DNA from: Cyanophora paradoxa CCMP329
Lineage: Eukaryota > Plantae > Glaucophyta
Direction: 5' to 3'
Length of the DNA stretch: 64,000 nucleotides
Assembly (NCBI GenBank): GCA_004431415.1
Contig: QPMI01000415.1
Coordinates: 62,001-126,000, forward strand
Shown: positions 22,345 to 33,693 of the stretch, piece after piece
Layout of the letters: every line of letters begins with the position of its first letter
Position numbering within the stretch: position 1 is the stretch's first letter
Position numbers and translations under genes: made by a program
Notes under the pieces: model-generated
Seen by the model: the letters and a program-made list of their open reading frames with translations, nothing else
The model's database searches: none
Told to the model about the DNA's origin: nothing

Positions 22345-25300
22345 TTATACTTTGACATTTTTAATTTGGTTTATTTGATCCTGTAGATCTTTGCATTTTT
22401 GGGACAACTCCTTCACAGCTTCAATGAGAACTGGAATTAAACCTGTGTATTCAAGAGATAGGTAGCCATCGTCTTTTTTAACATTAACTACCTCTGGTAT
22501 TACCTTTTGAACATCTTGTGCAATTAAACCTAATTTAACTCCATCTTTTTCACTTCCAATTCGTTTAAAACTCACTCCCTCTAATTTCTCTATTGCTGAA
22601 AGAGCGCCGGATATCTTTTTAATATCGGTTTTGTATCTTATGTCACTTCCTTGTGTTAAATAACCTCCAATCCACATCCATCCTCCATGATACATGTAAC
22701 AAATATCAGTATCTTGTTCATTTCGGAATACAAGGGGAATATCTCCCCCTCCTTTCAAATATGTAGAAGTTTGGTTACCGAAATGGATACGATTATATCC
22801 ATCACTTGAACTAAACCAAGTCCCCACAGATCCTGTTAAGATATTTGGTTTACTATAAACGTTATTCCAATGAATATAGCCGGTGTGACCACCTTCACTA
22901 TTTCCTACCCAAATTTTCATGTAACTAATACCCATAATATGAACTCTTCCAATCTTTGGTCTAATCCGAATAGTGAGGAATCTATTTCCAAGATGTATTG
23001 GAACATTATTTAAACCACTGTGGTTACCATCAGGCGATGTGGCGTATGGTTGATAACTATTCACTGATGTAATAAAAACTTCATTCCCTTGTCTATTAAC
23101 TCCCCAAATTTCAAAAAGTCGTGAGTTAGTCCAAGGTAAATAGGTTAAAAATGCTGTTCCTGTGTGGTATCCATCGGGTATATCGAAGTCAATCCAAGCG
23201 GTAGAAGTTTCGTCATCAGATTGATTATTATGGACATATGAACCATAATTATAATATGGATCCCATGCTGTACTCCATGCCCATGTCCAACCCTCAGAAC
23301 ATCTATTAAATGCAATACCTCCTACTGTTTTATCTGCTGTGTGAAACTTTGGGACATCATTACCGTTTATTTGGAGTTTGGTAGTAGCATTAATAGTGGG
23401 TGCTGTAATAGTGTTATTCACCCAAAAGTTACCATTACCATATGATTTTAAGATTGCTGCATTCGCTGAGTTTCTAAATTCGACAGATACACCATCGCCA
23501 TTTTCATAGCCTCGAATATATGTAGTTTGACCATTTCCAAACCAAATTCGCTCGACTGCATCTACTGATTTTAACCATGCATTTGTTGCCCATGTTGCGG
23601 TTTGTGGAAGGTCTGCGGCTGAGTAAAATGATGGTTTACTAAATATATTATCCCAAGAGATCATCCCAACCTCATTATCTGTTGCCCTCTGTCTACTCCA
23701 CCCAAAAACACCTGTAAGATGGATTCTACCTTTTCGACCTTGAACATATATTTTTGTGTAAAACTCACAGTTAATAGAGATGAAAAGTATACTGGATTGT
23801 GTTCCATCATGTACTGATGCTTGAATACCTTGATAAACATTTAAACGCCGAAGGAAATGTTGATTACCATTAGCTGTTTGACCATAGATGTCAAAATATC
23901 TACAATTAGACCAACACATGGTTTGAATATAAAACGTTTTCATTCCTGTGGGGACATTCCACCTCATCCAACAAGCGCTACAATCTTCATCATTTTGTGG
24001 TGTTGTATAACATCCTGTTTGTCCGGTTCTTGGTGTCCATCCTAAGTTCCAATTATTTGCGCTTCTATCTGTCGAAACCACATCTAATTGGTCGAAATCG
24101 TAACCTTTTGGTATTGTGGTTCCACCAATTTGTAAAGTGGTAGCATTCACAGTTCCTGTTACAGTTCCACCTGTAAGAGGTAAATAATTCCCAAGAGCTG
24201 CTGTTAATTCGGTATCTGTTACAACATCTGTAAGAGCTAATTGTAATTCTGTATTTGTTACATAATCTTTGTTTTCTAAATAATCATCTGTAACAACACC
24301 AGAGAGGGTCTCATTGTGTAAGTTTTTTGCTGCCATCCTCTGATTGACTTCTAAGGCTCCTCCTGCTAATGTTTTAATCCAGGACATTTCGCATTTCCCA
24401 TAGTTATCTGATGGTTGTCCCGCAAGTGGGACATAATTGAATTTGGATCGACTGAATATTATTTTAGGTCTGGAGCCATCAGTTGCACTGACATCTGTTA
24501 CATTTACTTGCATAATGGCATCCTTGTCATCATATGCTGCTGGATCAGATGGGAGAGGTGGTAATCCTGATGTCAATGGGATGTCCTCATTATAATAACT
24601 TGTTAAGAAGATGCCTGGTTTGGTATCAATCACCCCAACACCACCTGCTGAAATCATTTGGATTCTTGTTGGTTGTTTGATGTATAATTCACCTTCCATT
24701 GTGGTCCCTGCATCAATGCCTTTTCGATTGACATAATAATCATTTAGTTGTAGCCTTTCAGGTATGGTATTACTCTGGTAGAGACTCACACCATTTGTAA
24801 AGTCTGTCAAAATATTGCCTGATGATGCAAAAGTTGGTTGTTCATCTATTTGATTCCAAGGGTGTCTGTGGTTGCTATTGGTTATTGTTGAGTAATCATG
24901 AGTGTGTGAATCAGGTGGGAAGGTTAATGGAGGATTTGTGATATGCTCCCATAAATGAGTATGGGCGAAATCTGTGATCTGATCTTTGGTGTGAGTATGT
25001 GCGAAATCTGTTATTTGGTCTTTTGTGTGAGTATGGGCGAAATCTGTTATTTGGTCTTTTGTGTGAGTATGGGCGAAATCTGTTATTTGGTCTTTTGTGT
25101 GAGTATGGGCGAAATCTGTTATTTGGTCTTTTGTGTGAGTATGGGCGAAATCTGTTATTTGGTCTTTTGTGTGAGTATGGGCAAAATCTGTTATTTGGTC
25201 TTTTGTGTGAGTATGGGCAAAATCTGTAATCTGGGCTTTTGTGTGAGTGTGATTTGAATCCAACCTTGAACCACATTAGAGGTTGGATGATGTGGTAAAT

Positions 25301-28300
25301 TTGCATTGCTTGTAACTGTAAGGTAATCTATTACAGTATCAGGTGAGGTTATTTTTAATCCTCTGTAAATATTCAGAGTCTGGGTATGAGTGAATCCATA
25401 TTTTTGTTGAATGTAATACCTCACAGCATTCTTTTCAGAAGTTGTCAAAGCCCTATTGAAAACAATCAACTCGGAAATACCACCATTCACAATATTACCA
25501 AATCCGAAATGATTGACAGTATTATCTGGTAGATAATTTGTTCCTACAAGTGTTTCAATATCTACTCCATTTAACCCGACTGTGTAGCTGCTGGAAGTAA
25601 TTGTTTGGTCAGTGTAATACCATGTATTTATTAAAGAAGGAACCGTAATAACTGGGCGGGTTTGGGATGCTCCATTAATAGTGAACTGGTTCATTCCAAT
25701 AGCAGTAGAAGATGTTGCCCCATAATAACAATATCGTGATGGAAAGGCGCTTCTGTAAAGTCTCAAGTGAACTTGCATAGAAGAGGCAGTTGGATGATAT
25801 TTTCCCACAAAGACAAATGTAAGCCCATTTGAGAAATCAATAGTTCTTGCAGCAGAGGTATATGCATAAAAAGTGCCTGTTGGGTTTGAAACACTAACTT
25901 GGTTGTTGATTTCGGGATTGGTGTAATAGGAACTGGCTCCGGAGATAAACAAGTCTGGAACAACTGAATTCGGGACTCTGCTTACTATAGTTGTATACAT
26001 TGCTGATTGACCTGGTACTCCTGATGCCTTCCAAGCAAAAATGCAGTTCGAGATATTTGATGCTGGATCAAAGCTTGGTGGGACATCATACCATTCTTCG
26101 TAAACCTGATTCATGGTATTGAAATTGCAAGAGCCAATTGTGAGGATTCCATTTACTTTCAAATTGCTGGTCTCTATATTGCTACTGTAAATATTACTAT
26201 TAACTGTGAGGTTTCCTGTGATTGTCCCACCCACAAGAGGGAGATATTTGGATAGTTCTGCTGCAAGTTCAGCTTCTGTAATAAATTGATCAAGCATAGC
26301 AAGGGTTACAAAATTAACAAGGATTACTGCAGTAAGGTAATCCTCTGTGACCACTCTCGAAATGCTCTCATTGTGTATGTTTTTTGCAGCCATTCTTTGA
26401 TTGGCTTCAAGAACCCCACCATAATTCGTTTTGATCCATGCAAGCTCTGCCCTCCCATAGTTATCATTTGCAGTTCCCACTATGGGAATGTAGGAATATT
26501 TATCTCGACTGAAAACTATCATTGGTCTTGAGCCATCTAAACTGCTTACATCTGCAACATGAACCTGTATAGCAGAGTTAAAGTTTTGGTAGGTTGCTGG
26601 GTCTGTTGGGACTCTGAATGTATCTGTGGGAATGTCAGCCTCCATGTAGCTTGACACAAAGATATTTGGTATGGTTGCTCCTGGTTCAGGTGGTGGATTA
26701 TAAGAGCCTGGTAATGTCCTAATATGAAGTGGTCCTCTCATAGCTGAATTTGCAAGTGTCCCATTCACATGTACATAGTGTTCATTCAAAAAGATTCTTT
26801 CTGGGACATTACAAGTCTGATAAAGAGAAACCCCCAAGTTATCAAGAGGCTCCACTTTTGCGAATTCTGGTTGGTCATTAATCTCATCCCAAGTGTGTTC
26901 ATGTTTGATTGGTGGAAATTCTTCTGGTATTCCATCAATTTCTCCCCAATCATGCCTGTGATCCTCTGGTGGATACTTTTGAGGTTTGCCTAAGATCTCA
27001 TCCCAATCATGATTGTGATCCTCTGGGGGATACTTTGCAGGTTTATTATTAATTTGTTCATAATCAGGAAAGAACTCCCAGATCTCAGGTCGAAATCCAT
27101 CTGGTAACAATTCCTCATGGGGTTCATAAGGTTGCTCATATTCAACAGCTGGTGGATCATGACCATCAGGTAAATACTCCTCATCAGGTTCATAGTTCTG
27201 CTCATACTCAAACTCTTGTGGATCTAAGCCATCTGGTAGTATCTCCTCCTCATTGGGGTCAAATTGATCATATTCATATTCTTGTGGGTCAAAACCATCT
27301 GGTAAATACTCTTCCTCATCTGGGACGAATTGATATTCATCAAGCTCTAATATATCGACTTCAGGAGGTAAATACTGCTCATCTATTTGCTTTCTTGGTT
27401 CAATTATAGGTTTATTGCGAACTTGCTCCCAACTAACAATGTGTTGCCCAAAAGGAACTGTCTCATCTGCTGTGTACTCTCTGCCTGGTTGCTTTTTCGG
27501 TGTTAAATCCGGTGGATCCCATGGAAGAGGGAAGGGAACTGGGACAGGTCCATAATACTCAAAGATCTCTCTTATGGTCTTCTCACTTACAAGCTTCTCA
27601 CCATTTGCATACACATTACTGCCATGGATATTTCGCCATTGCCTGGTTCGAATTCCAAGGTCTTTCACATTGCTATACAAAGGCAAAAGGTGCCTATCCA
27701 TTTCGACTAAATCAGGGTGTAAATGGATTGCTACTGGTTGACTGGGGCTACTGTTGATTGTAATTGATGGCTTTTTTTGATGGACATCTTTTGGAGTAAA
27801 GAACCCAAAAGGCTCATTCCTTGCAAAGTCATATGTAATATCCTTGGGGTAGACATCATTTGTGTAGGAGACCTGATTTGTATTGGCAATGGGACCCACT
27901 TGCAATACTTGGGGACCTCAGCTTTTGCAGTGCTGCCCTCATTGTAAATTCGCAAACCTGTGTTCTGTTTGCCCTGCTCATCTTGAACATTGAAAACCAA
28001 ACGACCACTGTCAAACCTGGAAGGTATATCTGGATGAGTGCCACTGGTTTTTAGTTTCCTAGGTCTCCTTCTTGTTGCTTTGATCTCTGCCACTTGGTTT
28101 GCTTTCACATTACCCAAGCTAAAAGCAACACTAACTTCCTCCTTATCTGGATCGGTTTGATTCACAGATAAAGCATGCTCCCTTGATTGAGTCTTTGATG
28201 AATTATCGGAGCTGTGGTCAATCGAAACTGAACCCTTTACTTTAATATTATCAAAGTTCACATGCTTGGTGCTGCTTGCATTATCATCTTGAATTGTTTC

Positions 28301-28327
28301 TAGATTTGGTGGGTAATTGAAGCTCAT
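22345..28327 (-). CDS. Giant fibre/spike protein (~1,994 aa) with HxH repeats, LamG-like domain and C-terminal peptidase S74 chaperone; two frameshifts (~27908, ~25263)
   Basis: Three overlapping ORFs (198, 904, 972 aa) join with one added base at each junction, and 5983+2 nt is divisible by 3. SDIRYKTDI...GLIAQDVQKVIPEVV...LEYTGLIPVLIEAVKEL (S74); GGISELIVFNRALTTSE...YIQQKYG (LamG-like). Confidence 0.75.
24955..25252 (-). repeat. Coding tandem repeat, 36 bp x 8 (HTHTKDQITDFA)
   Basis: Directly visible, contiguous, no spacers. Confidence 0.95.
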
Positions 28328-28370
28328 GGCTTTTACTATATGGATTTATAAAATTCCTGATTAGTAAAAG

Positions 28371-29403
28371 ATGCCTCTCAAAGTTTGTTTAAGTCTTTCT
28401 GGCGGGGGTGCAAGGGGCATTATCATAACCAGGCTGCTCAAAGAAATCGAAAATCGAACTGGCAGGAGAATAATCGATCTTGTGGATCTTGTGAGTGGAA
28501 CTTCCACTGGTGGGATCATTGCTATTGGGTTAAACATCAGGCATCCTGATAAACCAGGTGAACCTAAACTGACAGCAAACGATTTACATAATATTTACCT
28601 AACTCAACTGCCCTTGATTTTTGCAAATCCTCGAAATATCATCGAAAATGCCCTATTTAATACAAAGTATGATGTGGGACCCTTGGAGACTGCAATCAAT
28701 TCAGTTACTGGTGAATCACTAATACAGGATTCCCTAAAGGACATTGTGATTACATCCTTTGATACTCAGAATATGAAACCAATATTTATCACAAATGACA
28801 ACAACTACAACTTTATGCCTTGTAAGATTGCTGCTAGGGCTACTTCTGCTGCTCCTACATATTTCTCTCCTGTAAGCATTGTTGATTTCAATCGGGGAGT
28901 ATTTGTCTGTCTCATTGATGGTGCCATTTCGGGTAACAATAATCCCAGTGTGTGTGGTTACAGCCATGCAAAGAAGATTTACAGTGATGATGATGATATT
29001 ATAGTAATAAGCATCTCTTGTGGAGAGGTGGACCCACATTTAGAGTCTGATTATGTGGGTTATGCTTATGAGACTGTCAACAGCTGGGGCATTCTCTCAT
29101 GGATTGCCTCAACAGATGGAAGCCCATTGATTAACATGCTCATGGCTGCAAGTGAGCTTTCTGCCCTTGATAAGATGGAGGAGTTGTTACCCTACAACTA
29201 TGATCAGGATTATGGGAGATACTATAGGCTATCAGTCCCTCTTCCAAATCATATATATAGTAAGCTCCCTTGATGACACTTCTAAGATCCCAGATATGCT
29301 AGCATTCACTGAAACATACATAGCAGCAAACAATGATATGATTAATAAGCTTTGCAGCCTACTAGTAGCAAACTATGAACTAAAGAACCCTACAAAGGCT
29401 TAA
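28371..29403 (+). CDS. Patatin-like phospholipase (frameshift near 29255-29270)
   Basis: LSGGGARG, GTSTG, ATSAAPTYF and DGA motifs. The C-terminal LDDTS segment lies in the next frame after an (AT)n run. Confidence 0.9.
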
Positions 29404-29433
29404 ATCTCATCCACTCTCACAGAGTCACCTCCT

Positions 29434-29931
29434 TTGGATGCTAATTGGTATCAGCTTGCAGATGATGCCTTTACTGCCTCATCCTCTGTGACAGGTAAAG
29501 AGCCTTTCATGGCAAGACCTTCAGCATTTGGCTGGGAAGCTGGAGCCTATGCTCCTGAACAGATATGGGAAACCCCCACTGAATACCTTCAAGTTGCTTT
29601 CCCATATACTTTTGAACTCTCCTCTGTGATTGCCTATGGATCAGGGGACACCAATGCTTTTATTAAGACTTTCAATGTGGCAACATCCACTGATGGGATC
29701 AACTGGTCTTTTATTCGATCAGATGGGCAAAACAAAATATATGTCTGTGAGAACATTAACAATGCTCACAACTCAGGTGATGTGGCTCTATTGAGTGGAT
29801 TTCCTCTCAGCATCAAGGATGCTTTTTACATAGGTTTCTCTCTCAGAATCAAATATATTCGCATTTATCCCCTTGTGTATGTGAATGCTCCCACAATGAG
29901 AGTTGATTTCACAGGTGCCTTTATTCGATAA
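29434..29931 (+). CDS. Discoidin / F5-8 type C domain protein (possibly fused to the patatin)
   Basis: FTASSS...AR....GW...EYLQV.F...FIKTFNVATSTDGINW...KYIRIYP.....TMRVDF.G; no ATG upstream of the domain. Confidence 0.75.
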   Translation: MDANWYQLADDAFTASSSVTGKEPFMARPSAFGWEAGAYAPEQIWETPTEYLQVAFPYTFELSSVIAYGSGDTNAFIKTFNVATSTDGINWSFIRSDGQNKIYVCENINNAHNSGDVALLSGFPLSIKDAFYIGFSLRIKYIRIYPLVYVNAPTMRVDFTGAFIR

Positions 29932-30853
29932 ACTCCAACTGAAACGAATTATCGATTCCATTCATATCAATCAGTTCACCAAAGTAATCTTTAAACTCAA
30001 CTGTGAGTTCCCTTATCACCAGGTTTCTGTCATTGATTTGAATAAATTCTGCATGTTCACCACTATGGTAAACATAGCCACCTATATCTTTACTCAATTG
30101 TAATCTAAGGATAGCTCCCTGGTTGTGTGGTTGCGATTTCGGAATTATATTATGTCTACTTGCAAAGGGGGCAAGCTCTTTAATATGCATGTACAGATAC
30201 TGCTCAGCATTCATATCAGACATCTTATTACTGGTGAAATAATACTGCAAGGGCTTTGAGGAGAGTCTGGGTCCTGAGAAGGTGATTCCCCATGCTGGGT
30301 GATCAGGTGTAATAGGTTTACCATCATACTTTAAAAGGTTCTCAGGTCGATATGGAGATCCACCAACAGGAGGAGTGCTATAATACCCAGTGGTGTATTC
30401 AGTAGAACTCACACCCAAAAGCTTCCCTATTCGCTTGTTGCTTGCAATAAAACGGAACTCATGATTACTGTAAAACTCCACTTTATAGGTTGTTGGGTTG
30501 TAAAATATCTTGAAGTCGAAAAACACAGTTTTATCTGCAATGGTTTTGAAGCTTGAATAGTTCAGCCCATAATTATAGGGATGTGTGACCCCAAAATGAC
30601 CCTGGTTAATGTAGCCACTGGGAAGGGGATACACTTTCTGTGTGATGATTTCATTGTATGAACCATCTTGGTAGTTAAAATCAACTGTTAAATGATCAGT
30701 TCCCACACTGTTATAGATACTGTTTGGAATCTCTGCATATAGAACCCTGCATTCCCTTGGTCTCTCTACTGGAGTTGTGAGGGTGACCCTGTAAGAGTTT
30801 TCAGATTCCCCTTGGCTTCTATCCCTGCTATCAATATTAACAAGTCGATTCAT
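29921..30853 (-). CDS. Minor capsid (penton-like, single jelly-roll) protein 1
   Basis: VNIDSRDR...Y.V.L...AEIPNSIYN N-terminus and ELTVEFKDYFGELIDMNGIDNSFQLEF C-terminus; lies in the capsid module. Confidence 0.75.
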   Translation of the reverse strand: MNRLVNIDSRDRSQGESENSYRVTLTTPVERPRECRVLYAEIPNSIYNSVGTDHLTVDFNYQDGSYNEIITQKVYPLPSGYINQGHFGVTHPYNYGLNYSSFKTIADKTVFFDFKIFYNPTTYKVEFYSNHEFRFIASNKRIGKLLGVSSTEYTTGYYSTPPVGGSPYRPENLLKYDGKPITPDHPAWGITFSGPRLSSKPLQYYFTSNKMSDMNAEQYLYMHIKELAPFASRHNIIPKSQPHNQGAILRLQLSKDIGGYVYHSGEHAEFIQINDRNLVIRELTVEFKDYFGELIDMNGIDNSFQLEFIE

Positions 30854-30882
30854 TTTAATATATAAATATAGATAAAAGAAGA

Positions 30883-31893
30883 ATGCCTGTGGATTACATC
30901 GAGGTTAGCTCATTTAATACAATCTCTGGTGATGGTCCCACATCAAGCTTTGTGGCTAGACTCCCAAGTTCTTATGAGAATGTGAGGGCTGTGAGACTGG
31001 TATCAGCCGAATTTTATAACAGCATCCCTATGGTGAGTGGTGAAACCAAAGTAGGAGATGTGACAATTGACAATTCATTTAGTATTTACTATTCTGAACA
31101 ATATGCAGGAGCTGGAATTGATGGTATCCCCACAGTTCGCCCAGCTGAGGACTTTGAACAGTGGAAACAAATCATTATAAGTCGCAAAGCCCCCATTCAA
31201 AGCCACCAACAACTGGTGAATGTTATTAATGAAAAGTTCGATTTAAAAAATCCTAAACCATCTCTTCGCTGCAAATGGGATGAGTCACTGAAACGAAAAG
31301 TATTCCATTCCGAAAAACCTTTTTACCTGGCTTTCTCACTTGCTGTAAATCCAAACCTGCAAACAATTCAAAAGCTATTGAGTTCAGGGAGACTGCTTGG
31401 TCTTGATCCTGGAAGATATGGCAATTCCTCAATCCAATCACAAGTGTATGATGCTCTTACTGATGGTATCTTTACTGGAACTCGAGTAAACGGTATTCTA
31501 TCTTCTTTTGAGCCTGAGAAGACCAGGGACAGTGTTTTGTTTGTGAGAGTAAAGGAGCTGGGTGATCTGGTGCAATGTGGGGATGGTCTTCTGACTGGTT
31601 ACTTCCATAAAATAGTGGTCCCTGACAAAGATTATGGTGAGCATGTAGTTTACAATTCGACAGAGGCTCATCCACTTTACAAATACTATAATAAGAAGGT
31701 TGGATTATCCACTTTCTCGGTTGATATTGTTAATGCTATTAATGAACCAATTGATTTTGAGGGTCAACCTGTTCATCTTACCTTTGAAATTCGCTATGGT
31801 GATGAGCCAGCTGGGGACCCAGTTTATGAATACTTTAAGATGCGAATGTCACAGCTTCACCCTTCCTATCCAATAATAACAAGCTTCGCATAA
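30883..31893 (+). CDS. Minor capsid (penton-like) protein 2
   Basis: FVARLPSSYENVRAVRLVSAEFYNS and FSVDIVN..NEPIDFEG.PVHLTFEI; same family pattern as protein 1. Confidence 0.7.
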   Translation: MPVDYIEVSSFNTISGDGPTSSFVARLPSSYENVRAVRLVSAEFYNSIPMVSGETKVGDVTIDNSFSIYYSEQYAGAGIDGIPTVRPAEDFEQWKQIIISRKAPIQSHQQLVNVINEKFDLKNPKPSLRCKWDESLKRKVFHSEKPFYLAFSLAVNPNLQTIQKLLSSGRLLGLDPGRYGNSSIQSQVYDALTDGIFTGTRVNGILSSFEPEKTRDSVLFVRVKELGDLVQCGDGLLTGYFHKIVVPDKDYGEHVVYNSTEAHPLYKYYNKKVGLSTFSVDIVNAINEPIDFEGQPVHLTFEIRYGDEPAGDPVYEYFKMRMSQLHPSYPIITSFA

Positions 31894-31946
31894 ATTAAGG
31901 ATCATTGGTAGATTTTTTATGTTGCAGTATAATAAAAGAGAATATA

Positions 31947-33314
31947 ATGGATATCACTTCCACTCTTCAAAGACTTTCGCTGAAAGAAGCCCTAACAACC
32001 TCAGAGGAGGCGAAAGCCTTTTTCCTGGATAACTCCCTTATGCTTGGTCTCGAATCCAAGTCTAAGCCAGTTCTAGTTGTTGTGAATCCCAGCAATACTT
32101 TTGAGAATAATGTTGGAAATCGCATTTCCTTCAAGCTACCTCGCTACAATTTCTGTGGAAAACTCGAACTTGCTTTCGACCTTCCAGCCATCACTTTTGC
32201 TGGTGATACGGACCTTGTTCGCAATGGATACACTCGCCCAGTTGGTGCTTTAGTTCAGCGACTTGAAATTACCTATGGATCTTACACCTACCACATTCCC
32301 TCTGATTTCCTTGCTCATTTCCCCCTGGTCTATTATTCGGAGGATCAACTAGCTAAAAAGAAACGATCAATGGGCATGGTTCATGGTATCCCTGCTCATG
32401 GAACCAACCGACTTGGTGGCTCATTCTTTGTTGAAATCCCAGTGCCTTGGCTCAATCACTACCTTCCCCTTGGTGCTTTATCTGGTGAAATGGTTGTTAC
32501 TGTTTGGTTTAAGGATGCTGGAAAGGGTTATGTTGAAACTTCCTATGGTGGTCGTGAACTCACAACTGCTGTTGGAACTGTTGATGCAACTGCTGATGAT
32601 GGTCTTGGAAACTTTACAGATGGAACCCTTGCCCATGTTGGTCAAAATATCACCAGTTTCAATCTTGGTGCAACAACCCCTGAAATTAAAATTACTTCTC
32701 CTCGCCTTTACATGCATGCTATTAATGTGTCTGATGAGCTTTTCGCTACTGTAATTGAAAAAGTTAAGACTACTGGCATGGCTATCCCTGCTCTAGACAT
32801 TGGATTTGTAGACTCTATTAATTTTGCTGCCAAGGGCAATAATCAACCCAATCGAATTAACCTTTCCCAAATCTCAGGTCTTGTCTATGCTCTGCTTGTC
32901 TCAGTTCGTGATTATGACAATGTTGATACTTCCAATGGCTCCCACAGTGTTCTTAAGACCTATGCCAACTCCAAAGATATTACTTTCACTGTTGAAATTA
33001 ATGGACAACGACTTTATGCCACTGAGCCAATTCCACTGCTCAAAGGTGCTGAGCTAATTGCTGATGCATTCAAATGCTCTAACATGGATAAGGTCGCAGA
33101 TCGCTATGTCCTTTCAGGTTTAAGTTTCTGCATTGATGGAGAGAAGGCGATTCGAAATATTGCCCAGTCTGGTTATGTTGATTTAACAAATTCCTCCTCT
33201 TCATTCCTCACCCTGTACATGCCTTCAGATAAAGCCCTTACAGTAAATGTTCGCGCCCTCATGCATAGCTTTATTATTGTAGACGGTTCAGGGCTTCGTA
33301 GAATCAATTTATAG
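31947..33314 (+). CDS. Double jelly-roll major capsid protein
   Basis: 455 aa, beta-rich, between pentons and ATPase. GNRISFKLPR..KLELAFDLPAI; GALVQRLEITYG; FFVEIPVPW...LPLGAL. Confidence 0.8.
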   Translation: MDITSTLQRLSLKEALTTSEEAKAFFLDNSLMLGLESKSKPVLVVVNPSNTFENNVGNRISFKLPRYNFCGKLELAFDLPAITFAGDTDLVRNGYTRPVGALVQRLEITYGSYTYHIPSDFLAHFPLVYYSEDQLAKKKRSMGMVHGIPAHGTNRLGGSFFVEIPVPWLNHYLPLGALSGEMVVTVWFKDAGKGYVETSYGGRELTTAVGTVDATADDGLGNFTDGTLAHVGQNITSFNLGATTPEIKITSPRLYMHAINVSDELFATVIEKVKTTGMAIPALDIGFVDSINFAAKGNNQPNRINLSQISGLVYALLVSVRDYDNVDTSNGSHSVLKTYANSKDITFTVEINGQRLYATEPIPLLKGAELIADAFKCSNMDKVADRYVLSGLSFCIDGEKAIRNIAQSGYVDLTNSSSSFLTLYMPSDKALTVNVRALMHSFIIVDGSGLRRINL

Positions 33315-33693
33315 ACCATTTTCAGTCTCCCTGCATTATTTTTATCTGTCTTTATTTAGGAAGATCTACAACAATGCAAGATTTAGAAGAGTTTAATGTT
33401 TCTGAAATGATAAAAGGTGTTTTCAGAGCCATCTTTATAGGCAAAAGTTGTACGGGAAAAAGCGAATGTGTAAAGTATTGGTTAAAGCAATTACATGATG
33501 CCAAAGTAGTTGATGTTGTCCTAGTTGTGAGTGGGACCAGCTTCAATCATTTTTGGAGAGAGGTGGCAACAGTAGAACTTGGTAAATGGGATGCTGGTTA
33601 CATTTCAAAGCTTTTGGATGAAAGGCAGGAGAAAATCGAAAAAGGTGAACCTGTCAACCACATGTGTGTTGTTTTAGATGATTTAATTGATAA

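Noticed and set aside
24955-25252. 36-bp repeats as a CRISPR array
   Set aside because: No spacers; in-frame coding repeat; no cas genes.
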